Virus record (IMG/VR): IMGVR_UViG_3300012971_000008
Coordinates: 1 to 49,572 of that record
Direction: 5' to 3' (one strand)
Origin: a virus
Taxonomy: Duplodnaviria; Caudoviricetes
Length of the DNA: 49,572 nt
In this document: in pieces, positions 1 through 7,742 of the stretch
How positions within the stretch are numbered: the first letter of the stretch is position 1
How the letters are laid out: each line of letters opens with the position of its first letter
Made by a program: the position numbers and the translations under genes
The notes under the pieces: generated by a model
Told to the model about the DNA's origin: nothing
Seen by the model: only the letters and a program-made list of their open reading frames with translations
The model's database searches: none

Positions 1-123
1 CGATCACTCCGCTTTAGCTGAGTCACCTGCCCATGCGAGTTCATCGTGTTCACTACGACGCCATTAGGCGGTAACTTCTCACTAGGCTTATACCAGTCAT
101 TCATTTGCTCCTCCGTGGCCGCG
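1..123. repeat. Terminal direct repeat copy 1 (circular overlap)
   Basis: 1-123 is identical to 49450-49572, and the - strand gene string continues across the junction. Confidence 0.95.
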
Positions 124-301
124 CTGGACGCAGCGCAGTTATCTTCACTGGTACCAACTCAGAACTAATTTTATTCGGCCAAATATGCATTAATGGACCA
201 TACATCGAATAGACTGGACCACCGTCAAATTGGAATATGCCACCATGTGAGCCAACGTCGGCATAGGCAATTACAGACTTCACTCGCTTAGGTGCTTTCA
301 T
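101..301 (-). CDS. Hypothetical protein
   Basis: 66 aa ORF with ATGA overlaps on both sides. Confidence 0.65.
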   Translation of the reverse strand: MKAPKRVKSVIAYADVGSHGGIFQFDGGPVYSMYGPLMHIWPNKISSELVPVKITALRPARPRRSK

Positions 302-516
302 GTCCGTTGCTCCCCGGCTAGGTGGTCAGCAAACTCAGGCAGGCTTTTCCCGTCCACGGGTTCGCCATCCAATGCCCAATCTAAATCTGGTAACGCATCA
401 CCTGCATAGCCATCTGCTCGAATAGAGCGCAGGACTGCAATCGCCGCTCGTAGGGCTATCAATGAGTTCTTTCGCTCGGCCCGTAGCTTCTCCCGCAGTG
501 CGTCAAGGTCGCTCAT
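298..516 (-). CDS. Hypothetical protein
   Basis: 72 aa ORF, translationally coupled to neighbours. Confidence 0.7.
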   Translation of the reverse strand: MSDLDALREKLRAERKNSLIALRAAIAVLRSIRADGYAGDALPDLDWALDGEPVDGKSLPEFADHLAGEQRT

Positions 517-701
517 GACTCATCCTCGGTCAAGCGCAACAAATCGGCTCGGCCTTCCACCTGCAACTTGGCGTAGATGCGCGCACTGTGAAAAAGCACC
601 GTACCCCGCGCCAAGCCCAACTCGCGCGCAATCTCGCGCATGGATTTCCCCAACAACATCTTCTTCAGCACCCGCACTTCCGCTTTACTCAATTCCTCCA
701 T
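513..701 (-). CDS. LuxR/GerE-type HTH DNA-binding protein (stand-alone)
   Basis: LSKAEVRVL..MLLGKSMREIARELGLARGTVLFHSARIYAKL matches the LuxR HTH pattern. Confidence 0.9.
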   Translation of the reverse strand: MEELSKAEVRVLKKMLLGKSMREIARELGLARGTVLFHSARIYAKLQVEGRADLLRLTEDES

Positions 702-949
702 GTGATCCCCCGCTCATGCGGACAAGTCTCGGTACAACCACACAACGATAAATTGCAAACTGGATCGCACCACCGCCGCTCGGGAACCTTCCAGAAAAAA
801 AAGAATATCGCCGCTCCCACCAGCAACCCCAACAAAAGCGCGCGCCAGTTCACTTCCACATCCCTTGCCCCCACTTGATCTTCTCCCCCGGCAACTGCTC
901 CAACAAAAACCTCTTCTCCTGACAACTCTGACAATCGCAAGTCTGCCAA
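689..949 (-). CDS. Small membrane protein with Cys-rich C-terminus
   Basis: TM segment ALLLGLLVGAAIFFFFW followed by five Cys. Confidence 0.55.
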   Translation of the reverse strand: MADLRLSELSGEEVFVGAVAGGEDQVGARDVEVNWRALLLGLLVGAAIFFFFWKVPERRWCDPVCNLSLCGCTETCPHERGITWRN

Positions 950-1023
950 CGCGACTCCGCTACATGCTCGGTAAATTCCTTGTACTCCAATCCTGGATAC
1001 CTATATCGCTCCAACTCCATAAA

Positions 1024-1356
1024 TCACCTCACCGTCCCATCTTGCTGCACGATCCCTCCACCCGCTATACACAACGAACACCGCTCCCCTACAAATTTTC
1101 CATGCGGACAACTCGCAAAAACTTTTTGCGCTTGCTTCGCTATCGCTACCGCCCCCTCCACCTTCCCTTCAACCCTCGCCACTCGCGTACCCGCCCGTTC
1201 TTCCCTCTTCTCCGCCCGCCCTCCCGTCGCTAAATCACACACCCGCCGCATCCACCCCGATAAATCCCGCCCTTCTAATTTCGCCTCCCGCTCCCATCGC
1301 TCCCGCTGCTCCAGCGTAAGACGTAATGTGATGCTCCCTCCCCGTATCTCCCTCAT
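1024..1356 (-). CDS. RHH/MobC-like DNA-binding protein with C-terminal CPHG..CxxC motif
   Basis: SITLRLTLEQRERWEREAK..LSGWMRRVC; GGAGGGAG RBS before the ATG at 1356. Confidence 0.7.
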   Translation of the reverse strand: MREIRGGSITLRLTLEQRERWEREAKLEGRDLSGWMRRVCDLATGGRAEKREERAGTRVARVEGKVEGAVAIAKQAQKVFASCPHGKFVGERCSLCIAGGGIVQQDGTVR

Positions 1357-1538
1357 TTTATCTCCCTCCACGTAAGACAACGCACCGCATTCTAACCCCA
1401 CATTTCTTGTAAAAATAGAGAATTTTGGGAGAAATGCTTCGGAATCCGCGGCGAGGACGCCGGCCGCCGCCGCGAGGGGCCGGAGGTCACGTACCCCAGG
1501 GAACAGAGGACCCAGCGCGCGGTACTATACTTACTGAT

Positions 1539-1566
1539 GCGTCCGATAAGTAACAGTATGTTAACT
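1539..1566 (+). other. dif-like XerC/XerD recombination site
   Basis: GCGTCCGATAA-GTAACA-GTATGTTAACT, an 11-6-11 layout; right arm is 9/11 identical to the E. coli XerD arm TTATGTTAAAT; intergenic. Confidence 0.7.
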
Positions 1567-1617
1567 AAGAAACGCTGAAAAGCTTGGAGTTACTGCAATC
1601 GCGCGACACTTCGCCGG

Positions 1618-1971
1618 TCAGATCGCAGAGCAAACTGCACAGTTATTTTTCGCGAGGCCATGCGGACACCTCAGTCTTTTGTGACGCCAAATTGTTTGAC
1701 GCGTGCCAATTAGCTCCTGTAACTGCGCGTTGAGAGCCAATTCAGCGGTTGAAGGATTGTCGGGAAGGGGTAGTTCTAGGGAGGTTTGATTAGAGCAGGT
1801 AGGGATAAGGATATGTTTGCACAATTGGCTCAAGCTCAATTTGCGCTGTTTTGCTGCCTTTTTGAGCAGAGCTAGTTCTTCGGGGAGTAAGCGGAAGATC
1901 ACCTGAGCGGATTGTCTTTTGCCCGGATGAGTGGCTCTGAATGGTCTACCTCTGCGCGTCATGGGGGCCAT
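1618..1971 (-). CDS. RHH-type transcriptional regulator with C-terminal CPHG..CxxC motif
   Basis: RRGRP..QVIFRLLPEELALLKKAAKQRKLSLSQL; divergent from the early operon. Confidence 0.75.
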   Translation of the reverse strand: MAPMTRRGRPFRATHPGKRQSAQVIFRLLPEELALLKKAAKQRKLSLSQLCKHILIPTCSNQTSLELPLPDNPSTAELALNAQLQELIGTRQTIWRHKRLRCPHGLAKNNCAVCSAI

Positions 1972-2117
1972 TGTAGCCTGTCTTGCTTTGGCTTGGTCCG
2001 ATACCCTTAGCTCGACCGAGTTCGCTTCTCTAGCGCGATTCTAGCGCGGGATTAGATCGTCAAGCGGGTTGTGTTTAATTCGCTAACGTATTTTTGGCGC
2101 CTAGTACTTTTTTCCGC

Positions 2118-2145
2118 TTGCATCTGGCTCCGCCGGTATTACACT
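2118..2145 (+). promoter_or_regulatory. Putative sigma70 early promoter
   Basis: TTGCAT-N16-TACACT upstream of the first + strand gene. Confidence 0.45.
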
Positions 2146-2192
2146 GGTCGCGGCGGTAATTACGTTAGCTAGAAAACAAGGAGTGGACTAGA

Positions 2193-2294
2193 ATGAAAAA
2201 CGAATCGTTCCTCACTTGGTATCGCATCCTGCGCCAGTACCATCATTGGACCATTTTCGAAGCCATCCGCTATGCACTGTGGTTGTCAAGGTAA
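2193..2294 (+). CDS. 33-aa early peptide (MKNESFLTWYRILRQYHHWTIFEAIRYALWLSR)
   Basis: Not in the ORF track; preceded by AAGGAGTGGAC RBS motif. Confidence 0.6.
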   Translation: MKNESFLTWYRILRQYHHWTIFEAIRYALWLSR

Positions 2295-2305
2295 AGGGGG
2301 GCTCC

Positions 2306-2488
2306 ATGCGACACCCTTACATTCCCGAATGCCCTTGCGACCGCTGCCAGAAGGAAGCTCTCCGCCGTCAAGCGCAAAGCCTTGCCAACCAAAAATTACT
2401 GCGCAAGTTCAAACGTGCCGTCAAACGTGCCGCTAGCTGGTCGGACTGGCACGCGCGCGGCAATGAGTTCGACATCCAAGCCGACTAA
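2306..2488 (+). CDS. Hypothetical protein with CxCxxC motif
   Basis: AAGGGGGG RBS, ATG at 2306. Confidence 0.6.
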   Translation: MRHPYIPECPCDRCQKEALRRQAQSLANQKLLRKFKRAVKRAASWSDWHARGNEFDIQAD

Positions 2489-2573
2489 CGCCAGTTCCGA
2501 GTAGTGGGGGGATTCGGAGTCTCCCCACACGCGCAACTAGCTGTTGTTAGCGCGAATCGAGGAGTGGACTCAA

Positions 2574-3287
2574 ATGCCTGAACTAATGTTGCACTGTAAT
2601 TCCGATGCGGTCACTAGGGAGCAATTGCAAGCGCTTCCGCGTGTACCTAGGACTCGCTACTTCCAACCAATCCAGCACATCGAGCTAGTGTCCGGGCTCG
2701 ATGCTGCTCTAGCTAATCGCGGACTGCGCGCGAATTCTGAACAGTTCGGCCTGCGCCGCGATGGCCAAATGCTGTTTGGCGTTATGAAGGTCGCAACGAT
2801 TGCCGCAAACGACTTCATTACTACCCTGGGATTCCGCCAAGCGCTGAACCGTACCATGTCCATCCAAATCTGCGCAGGAGCATCTGTTTTCGTCTGTGAC
2901 AATATGTGCTTCTCTGGCGAAACCATTGTCCTACGCCAGCGTCATAACTGGTCTTTCCATCTCCAGTCTGCATTGACTGGCGCCGTCGGGCGCTGGCAAC
3001 AAAAGACAGATGCTCTGGTCGCTTCCATCGCCACACTCAAAACCCGTGAACTTTCCGACACGCAAGCAAAGGCAATGATCTGTGATGTCTTTGCAAAGGG
3101 CATTATGCCTACCCGGTTTTTGCCCGATGTCGTCTCGGAATACGTCAACCCTAAGCACGCGGAGTTTGCCCCGCGTACCGCGTGGTCCCTGAATAATGCG
3201 TTTACCGAAGTGCAAAAACAGATGCCATTGACTACGCGCCTGTCCGCGAGTCAGGAGCTCGGCCGCTACTTTGAACTAGGCAAGTAG
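2574..3287 (+). CDS. DUF932/DUF945-like protein
   Basis: GASVFVCDNM..G, RQRH and C-terminal TAWSLNNAFTE motifs; GGAGTGGAC RBS before ATG at 2574. Confidence 0.8.
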   Translation: MPELMLHCNSDAVTREQLQALPRVPRTRYFQPIQHIELVSGLDAALANRGLRANSEQFGLRRDGQMLFGVMKVATIAANDFITTLGFRQALNRTMSIQICAGASVFVCDNMCFSGETIVLRQRHNWSFHLQSALTGAVGRWQQKTDALVASIATLKTRELSDTQAKAMICDVFAKGIMPTRFLPDVVSEYVNPKHAEFAPRTAWSLNNAFTEVQKQMPLTTRLSASQELGRYFELGK

Positions 3288-3380
3288 GACCGGGGGGAGT
3301 ATCCCCCCCACTCCACTCTTTGGAGTGTGGCGGGGGGAGTAATCCCTGCAAGTAAATTCGCTTTAAAGGAATGGACACCC

Positions 3381-4070
3381 ATGTTACTGAACAAAGCAAG
3401 CCTTAGACTCGCGACACTGGCGCCAGACGAGGAGTCGCGCTATACCCTGCGCGCGATATGCGTCAATGCCAGTTCGGCCGTCGTGACCAACGGTCATTAC
3501 CTTGTGATCGCTACTCATCCGACGCGAAACGACGACGACGGCAATCCGATTGACGCGACCGCACAATTCCCTGTCACTCCTGGCTTGGAACATCGCGCAG
3601 TGACCGGGAATGAGGAACTGTTAGTCTCGCGTGACGCGGCAATCGCGGCACTTAAAGCACTTCCCAAAAAGACCACGCTTCCCATCCTGGCCAATGCGGC
3701 GATAGGCGCCGACGGCAACCTGTACGTCAATACTCTGGAGAATGTTGCAGTCTCTAAGTACACGGCCGAGGGGAAATTCCCCAACTGGCAAGCGGTAATG
3801 CCAACTGGTGAACCGGTCGCGGAGATTGCCTTTGACGCGCACTACCTCAAAGCGCTTGCGCAGTATTTCATTGACGCGCAATCGGACAAACCTAAGTCAG
3901 TCTCGGTTCGCCTTACCATCTATTCCAAAGACACTGCCGCGCGATTCGATGCGCGCAATTCGGACGGGCAGTACTTGACGGCAGTTTTGATGCCCATGCG
4001 CATTGACAAGTGCGACTTTGCCAAACGACCGCAAGAGATGCCCGAGCCCGAAAAGATAGCGGCAGATTGA
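3381..4070 (+). CDS. DNA polymerase III beta-clamp-like protein (truncated, two-domain)
   Basis: ESRYTLRAI..VVTNGHYL, GKFPNWQAVMP, IAFDAHYL and AVLMPMRI are DnaN middle/C-domain motifs. Confidence 0.75.
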   Translation: MLLNKASLRLATLAPDEESRYTLRAICVNASSAVVTNGHYLVIATHPTRNDDDGNPIDATAQFPVTPGLEHRAVTGNEELLVSRDAAIAALKALPKKTTLPILANAAIGADGNLYVNTLENVAVSKYTAEGKFPNWQAVMPTGEPVAEIAFDAHYLKALAQYFIDAQSDKPKSVSVRLTIYSKDTAARFDARNSDGQYLTAVLMPMRIDKCDFAKRPQEMPEPEKIAAD

Positions 4071-4146
4071 ACGACCGGGGGGAGTTCCCCCGCGTTGTCT
4101 CCCTGGAGATCGCGCGGGGATACTTCCCATAAAGGACTAGACGCAC

Positions 4147-4332
4147 ATGAAATTTGATGAAAAGAAACTGTACTTAGTCGAAGGACGCACGCTCGGTTAT
4201 GTGTTGCGCGTGATGGAGCGATTGTATGGTCCGGCTTTCGCGCCAGACGGCGACGAAAAACGTGACTTGGCAAATGGGTTGTATGCGCACTTGACGCAAA
4301 ACGTCGTGGAGTACGAGGAGTCACGACCATGA
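4147..4332 (+). CDS. Hypothetical protein
   Basis: 61 aa ORF with AAGGA RBS. Confidence 0.65.
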   Translation: MKFDEKKLYLVEGRTLGYVLRVMERLYGPAFAPDGDEKRDLANGLYAHLTQNVVEYEESRP

Positions 4333-4396
4333 ACATTACAGCATTTTGCAATACCGCAACCAGCGCGGCGAAGTCTGGCAAATAAGGAGTGGACAC

Positions 4397-5026
4397 GTGG
4401 GCTACACACATTACTGGTATCGCAAACTAAACTACAGCGAAGCGGAGATGACTTCGATTGTCTCTGACTTCGCGAAACTTGTGCCAAAGCTGGCGGAGCT
4501 AGGCGTGCCGCTGGCAGCAGGCGACGGCAAGGAGCAGCCGCACATTGACGCTGAGTTGATTTGCTTCAATGGCGTGACAGCTTGCGGCCACCCGGAAAAC
4601 AGCGCAGTAGTGATCCCCTGGCCGAGTGAGAACGCTTCCGGCGTGGGTAACGGCTACCATGGCGAGCAGTGGTTTGCTGGCGCAAAACTCGATGCGCGCA
4701 CCTGTGACGGCGATTGCAGTTACGAAACGCTGTACTTTCCGCGCTCCGTACCGCAAGACTGGTTTAAGCAAGAGGATGACAAGCACAAAGGCTTGTATTT
4801 CTTTTGCTGCAAAACCGCTTACCGGCCTTATGACCTGGCAGTGACCGCGTTCCTGGTGATCGCCAAGCATCACCTGGGACCGGACATTGCGGTATCCTCT
4901 GACGGCGAAATCCAGCATTGGATTGAAGCCATCGCACTTTGCCGCGTTCATCTAGGCTATGAAGAGTCCTACCAGTTTTCCGAGGACGGCGGAAATCTGG
5001 TAGCGGTTTCCGCTGCTAGCGTCTAG
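4397..5026 (+). CDS. Conserved phage protein of the MGYTHYW..CKT..PYD type
   Basis: GTG start at 4397 after AAGGAGTGGAC; motifs ICFNG, ETLYF, CKTAYRPYDLAV, VSSDG. Confidence 0.8.
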   Translation: MGYTHYWYRKLNYSEAEMTSIVSDFAKLVPKLAELGVPLAAGDGKEQPHIDAELICFNGVTACGHPENSAVVIPWPSENASGVGNGYHGEQWFAGAKLDARTCDGDCSYETLYFPRSVPQDWFKQEDDKHKGLYFFCCKTAYRPYDLAVTAFLVIAKHHLGPDIAVSSDGEIQHWIEAIALCRVHLGYEESYQFSEDGGNLVAVSAASV

Positions 5027-5103
5027 TCCACTCCGGCAGCGGGTTGCAGGCGGGGGAGTCTCCTGACCGGAACGCTTCCCCGCTTCGCAAAAAGGTGAAC
5101 GCT

Positions 5104-5202
5104 ATGAAAACATTTTGGGCATTGCTCGCGCTCTACTGCATCCTGTGCGGTATCTACTGGAAACTTTCCGACATTCTGAACGAACTGCGAGCGCGGCGAT
5201 GA
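5104..5202 (+). CDS. 32-aa membrane peptide (MKTFWALLALYCILCGIYWKLSDILNELRARR)
   Basis: AAGGTG RBS; ATGA overlap with next gene; not in the ORF track. Confidence 0.55.
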   Translation: MKTFWALLALYCILCGIYWKLSDILNELRARR

Positions 5203-5384
5203 ACCTGTACCGCGTCACTATTCGCAGAGCCCCGCATACCGACCGCGTGACGGTGCGCGCACGCAGCCACGAAGAAGCGGAACGCGAAGCGCTCTTAGTC
5301 GTGGGCGAGGACTACCAGGACGTGGAATGGATTATCGCCACGCCAGTGGAAGAGAGGAACGATGCGACCGCAAAGCGTGACTGA
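5199..5384 (+). CDS. Hypothetical protein
   Basis: VTVRARSHEEAEREAL small-phage-protein pattern. Confidence 0.6.
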   Translation: MNLYRVTIRRAPHTDRVTVRARSHEEAEREALLVVGEDYQDVEWIIATPVEERNDATAKRD

Positions 5385-5577
5385 GTGGCAGCACGAGTAC
5401 GACGCGCAACTGGCGCGGGATCTCGCGACGGTTGAACGCTTGGAGCGCTTGCGCGTGGAGCAGAACGCCATGCGCGTTAATGGACCGGCTTGGGCTTTGA
5501 CGCTGGCGCTGATCGCCGGAGCTGCTGTCTGCTATGCGGCCAAGTATTTTGGGCTAGTGACGACGCCGCGCTGGTGA
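5362..5577 (+). CDS. Small membrane protein
   Basis: GAGGA RBS; C-terminal TM helix. Confidence 0.6.
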   Translation: MRPQSVTEWQHEYDAQLARDLATVERLERLRVEQNAMRVNGPAWALTLALIAGAAVCYAAKYFGLVTTPRW

Positions 5578-5804
5578 GAGATGCCGACAAAAATTCATCT
5601 TTATTTGCTTTGTTTGCAACACGGTTTTCCTGAAAAAGGGCGACTTTCGCCTGAAAAATCGTGCAAAAAGCCCGATAAACCTCAAAGTCAAGTGAGCTGT
5701 TTCCCCGCGCAAGTCTTTTGTCTCCGCCAGCTTTCGCCCTTTATTTTCAATTCGTCAGCTTACGATCTTTATAATGGTAGCGTCCGCAAAGGAGTGGACA
5801 ACGT

Positions 5805-6176
5805 ATGGACGACAACCAAGTGGGAAAGTACGACCGTCTACGCGCGGGACTGGAGAACATCGCGCTGTTCACCAAGCCGAGCACCATTCAGAACGTGGAA
5901 CCATTGACCGGCCGCGCCGAGTCTTTCATCGTTCGCACCGCGCGACTCGCGGAGACACAAGAACTGCTGAAAGGCGATTACATCTTCGTGGAGTGGATTG
6001 ATGACAAGGGACAGGTGACTCGGGTGCCGCTGCCGCCACGAGTGGCGGACTGCATCGCGCGGCAACGCGACGCACTGACCGGCATGGCGCGACGCAAACA
6101 TGGACGCCGTATCGCTCAGGAACGCAAGGACCGTGGCGAGCTACCTGGCTTCATGCAAAAGCGGGGAGAGGCGTAA
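5805..6176 (+). CDS. Hypothetical protein
   Basis: TATAAT at 5770-5775; GGAGTGGAC RBS at 5791-5799. Confidence 0.75.
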   Translation: MDDNQVGKYDRLRAGLENIALFTKPSTIQNVEPLTGRAESFIVRTARLAETQELLKGDYIFVEWIDDKGQVTRVPLPPRVADCIARQRDALTGMARRKHGRRIAQERKDRGELPGFMQKRGEA

Positions 6177-6191
6177 AGCCTCTCCCTCTTT
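6164..6191 (+). terminator. Intrinsic terminator
   Basis: GGGAGAGGC-GTAAA-GCCTCTCCC followed by TCTTT. Confidence 0.65.
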
Positions 6192-6201
6192 GGAGTAAGA
6201 G

Positions 6202-6627
6202 ATGGGACGCGCACCATTCAACGAAGCGGAAGAACTGCTGGCGATCCACCTGTGCGAGCTAGGCTTGCAGTTCGCACGCGAGTACCGTTTCCATCCACTG
6301 CGCGACTGGCGCGCGGACTTCATCGTAGCCACTCCCGGCAGACGGTACTTTTTAATCGAAATTGAAGGCGGGATTTGGACGCAAGGACGGCACACGCGCG
6401 GCAAAGGCTATGCCGACGACCTGAAAAAATACCGCGCCGCTGTTTCTATGGGGTTCCCGGTGTTGCGCTTTTCCACTGAGGAAGTTTTAACCGGCCAAGC
6501 AAAAGACTTTCTAGGAGAACACATATGCAAATCAGCAAAACCATTTTCTTCGCGGCAGTATGCACTTTGCTCGCTGGAGTCGCGCGAGCCGACAGCCTCA
6601 GCTTCAACCAAGTCGCTCAAGAACTGA
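6202..6627 (+). CDS. PD-(D/E)xK endonuclease (DUF559/Vsr-like phage family)
   Basis: EYRFHPLRDWRADF..IEIEGGIW..GRHTRG..D..KY..A...GFPVLRF. Confidence 0.85.
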   Translation: MGRAPFNEAEELLAIHLCELGLQFAREYRFHPLRDWRADFIVATPGRRYFLIEIEGGIWTQGRHTRGKGYADDLKKYRAAVSMGFPVLRFSTEEVLTGQAKDFLGEHICKSAKPFSSRQYALCSLESREPTASASTKSLKN

Positions 6628-7007
6628 GAGCGGGTTCCGTCCTGGCCTTGCATCAAAACGTCGCGGGGTTGTGGGCGGATAACCTGCTCGCAGCACAGGA
6701 CCCAGCCGTCTGTGACTATTGCGCGGCCGAGGCGGACAGCCTGCCGCTATCCATCGCGGCGGTACTGAAAGCCATTACCATCGAGGCTGACCCGGTTTAC
6801 GGATTTGGCTTGACCTTCTGTGATCGAACCAACTGCTGGCTGGCCAACCTGCAAAGTACCATCGCTATTGACGACCGCGTTTCGGTTGTCATCACTCCCA
6901 GCTTCATCGACTTTGGCAACGTGCCAGTGAGCACTGGCGAGCCGGGAGTCTTCCTGCTGGTAGCGGCTGGGTACCTGGTCTTGCTGGCTACACGACGCGG
7001 CAAGTGA
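6525..7007 (+). CDS. Secreted protein with PEP-CTERM-like sorting signal
   Basis: Signal peptide ending ARA-DS; C-terminus TGEPG + TM helix + RRGK; AGGAG RBS. Confidence 0.7.
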   Translation: MQISKTIFFAAVCTLLAGVARADSLSFNQVAQELRAGSVLALHQNVAGLWADNLLAAQDPAVCDYCAAEADSLPLSIAAVLKAITIEADPVYGFGLTFCDRTNCWLANLQSTIAIDDRVSVVITPSFIDFGNVPVSTGEPGVFLLVAAGYLVLLATRRGK

Positions 7008-7033
7008 TTTGCCACGACGCGGCAAGCGATTTG
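6991..7033. repeat. Tandem 21-bp direct repeat (period 22)
   Basis: CACGACGCGGCAAG(T/C)GATTTG twice. Confidence 0.9.
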
Positions 7034-7043
7034 TGAAATTGGT

Positions 7044-7071
7044 TTGCAATTATTTGGTTTGCGAGTAGAGT
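7044..7071 (+). promoter_or_regulatory. Putative sigma70 promoter, probably leaderless transcript
   Basis: TTGCAA-N16-TAGAGT, ATG at 7078 with no SD; TTGGTTTGC repeated twice over it. Confidence 0.45.
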
Positions 7072-7077
7072 GTTCGC

Positions 7078-7740
7078 ATGGACAACCACGAAATGATCCG
7101 AATCATTCCGCGCCTGGAGTTTGACACGCCAAACGCATTGCAAAATGCGCTGGTTAAGTCCGACCAGATCATGGGACTGCTCAAGCCTCTGCGCAGCGGC
7201 GCACAGGCTATCGAAGCTACCGACACCGCTGCTTATGCCGCGCTAGGCGCTATTGTCGCGGAAGTAGGACGCATCAGGAAAAATCAGATCGTACCGTTGT
7301 GGGGTCCGTTGTTAGGAGTTGTCGATACCGTAAGGGATTTTCTCAAACTCCATCGCCAGCAGACGGAGAGCGAATGCGAAACTATCAGCGATATTTGCCG
7401 CGTAAAAATGAAAGAGTACGAGCGCAACGAAAGGAACGCCGCGCAACAGGAGCAAAACCGGCTGAACAAGCGGCGGGAGGAGCCGGTTGTGGTGAAGCCG
7501 AATCTGCCGTCGATTCCTGGCTACCGGAAGACGGTGAACTACCGGGTTACGGTGACGGACCCGAAGGCGTTGATAAAGGAATTGCTGCGAGCCTACAAGC
7601 GCACGGATACGAAACGAGTCCAGTTCTTAGGTCCATTTGTCTGCTTGGATGTGAAAGCGCTGGAGAGCTACGCGCGGGAAACCAAGGACGTAAAGAAATT
7701 CAACGCGGCGATACCGGGAGCGGTTTGCAGGGAGGAGTAG
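7078..7740 (+). CDS. Coiled-coil protein of the recombination module
   Basis: 220 aa helical protein upstream of RecT; family uncertain. Confidence 0.7.
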   Translation: MDNHEMIRIIPRLEFDTPNALQNALVKSDQIMGLLKPLRSGAQAIEATDTAAYAALGAIVAEVGRIRKNQIVPLWGPLLGVVDTVRDFLKLHRQQTESECETISDICRVKMKEYERNERNAAQQEQNRLNKRREEPVVVKPNLPSIPGYRKTVNYRVTVTDPKALIKELLRAYKRTDTKRVQFLGPFVCLDVKALESYARETKDVKKFNAAIPGAVCREE

Positions 7741-7742
7741 CC

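Noticed and set aside
1-123. 123-bp terminal repeat as biological direct terminal repeats
   Set aside because: It falls inside coding genes and is most simply an assembler circular overlap; it cannot be called a physical end without reads
3292-5060. GGGGGAGT as KOPS motifs oriented to dif
   Set aside because: Does not match GGGNAGGG and is better explained as hairpin arms
5581-5907. 108-aa ORF
   Set aside because: Spans an AT-rich promoter-like gap and overlaps the better-supported 5805 gene
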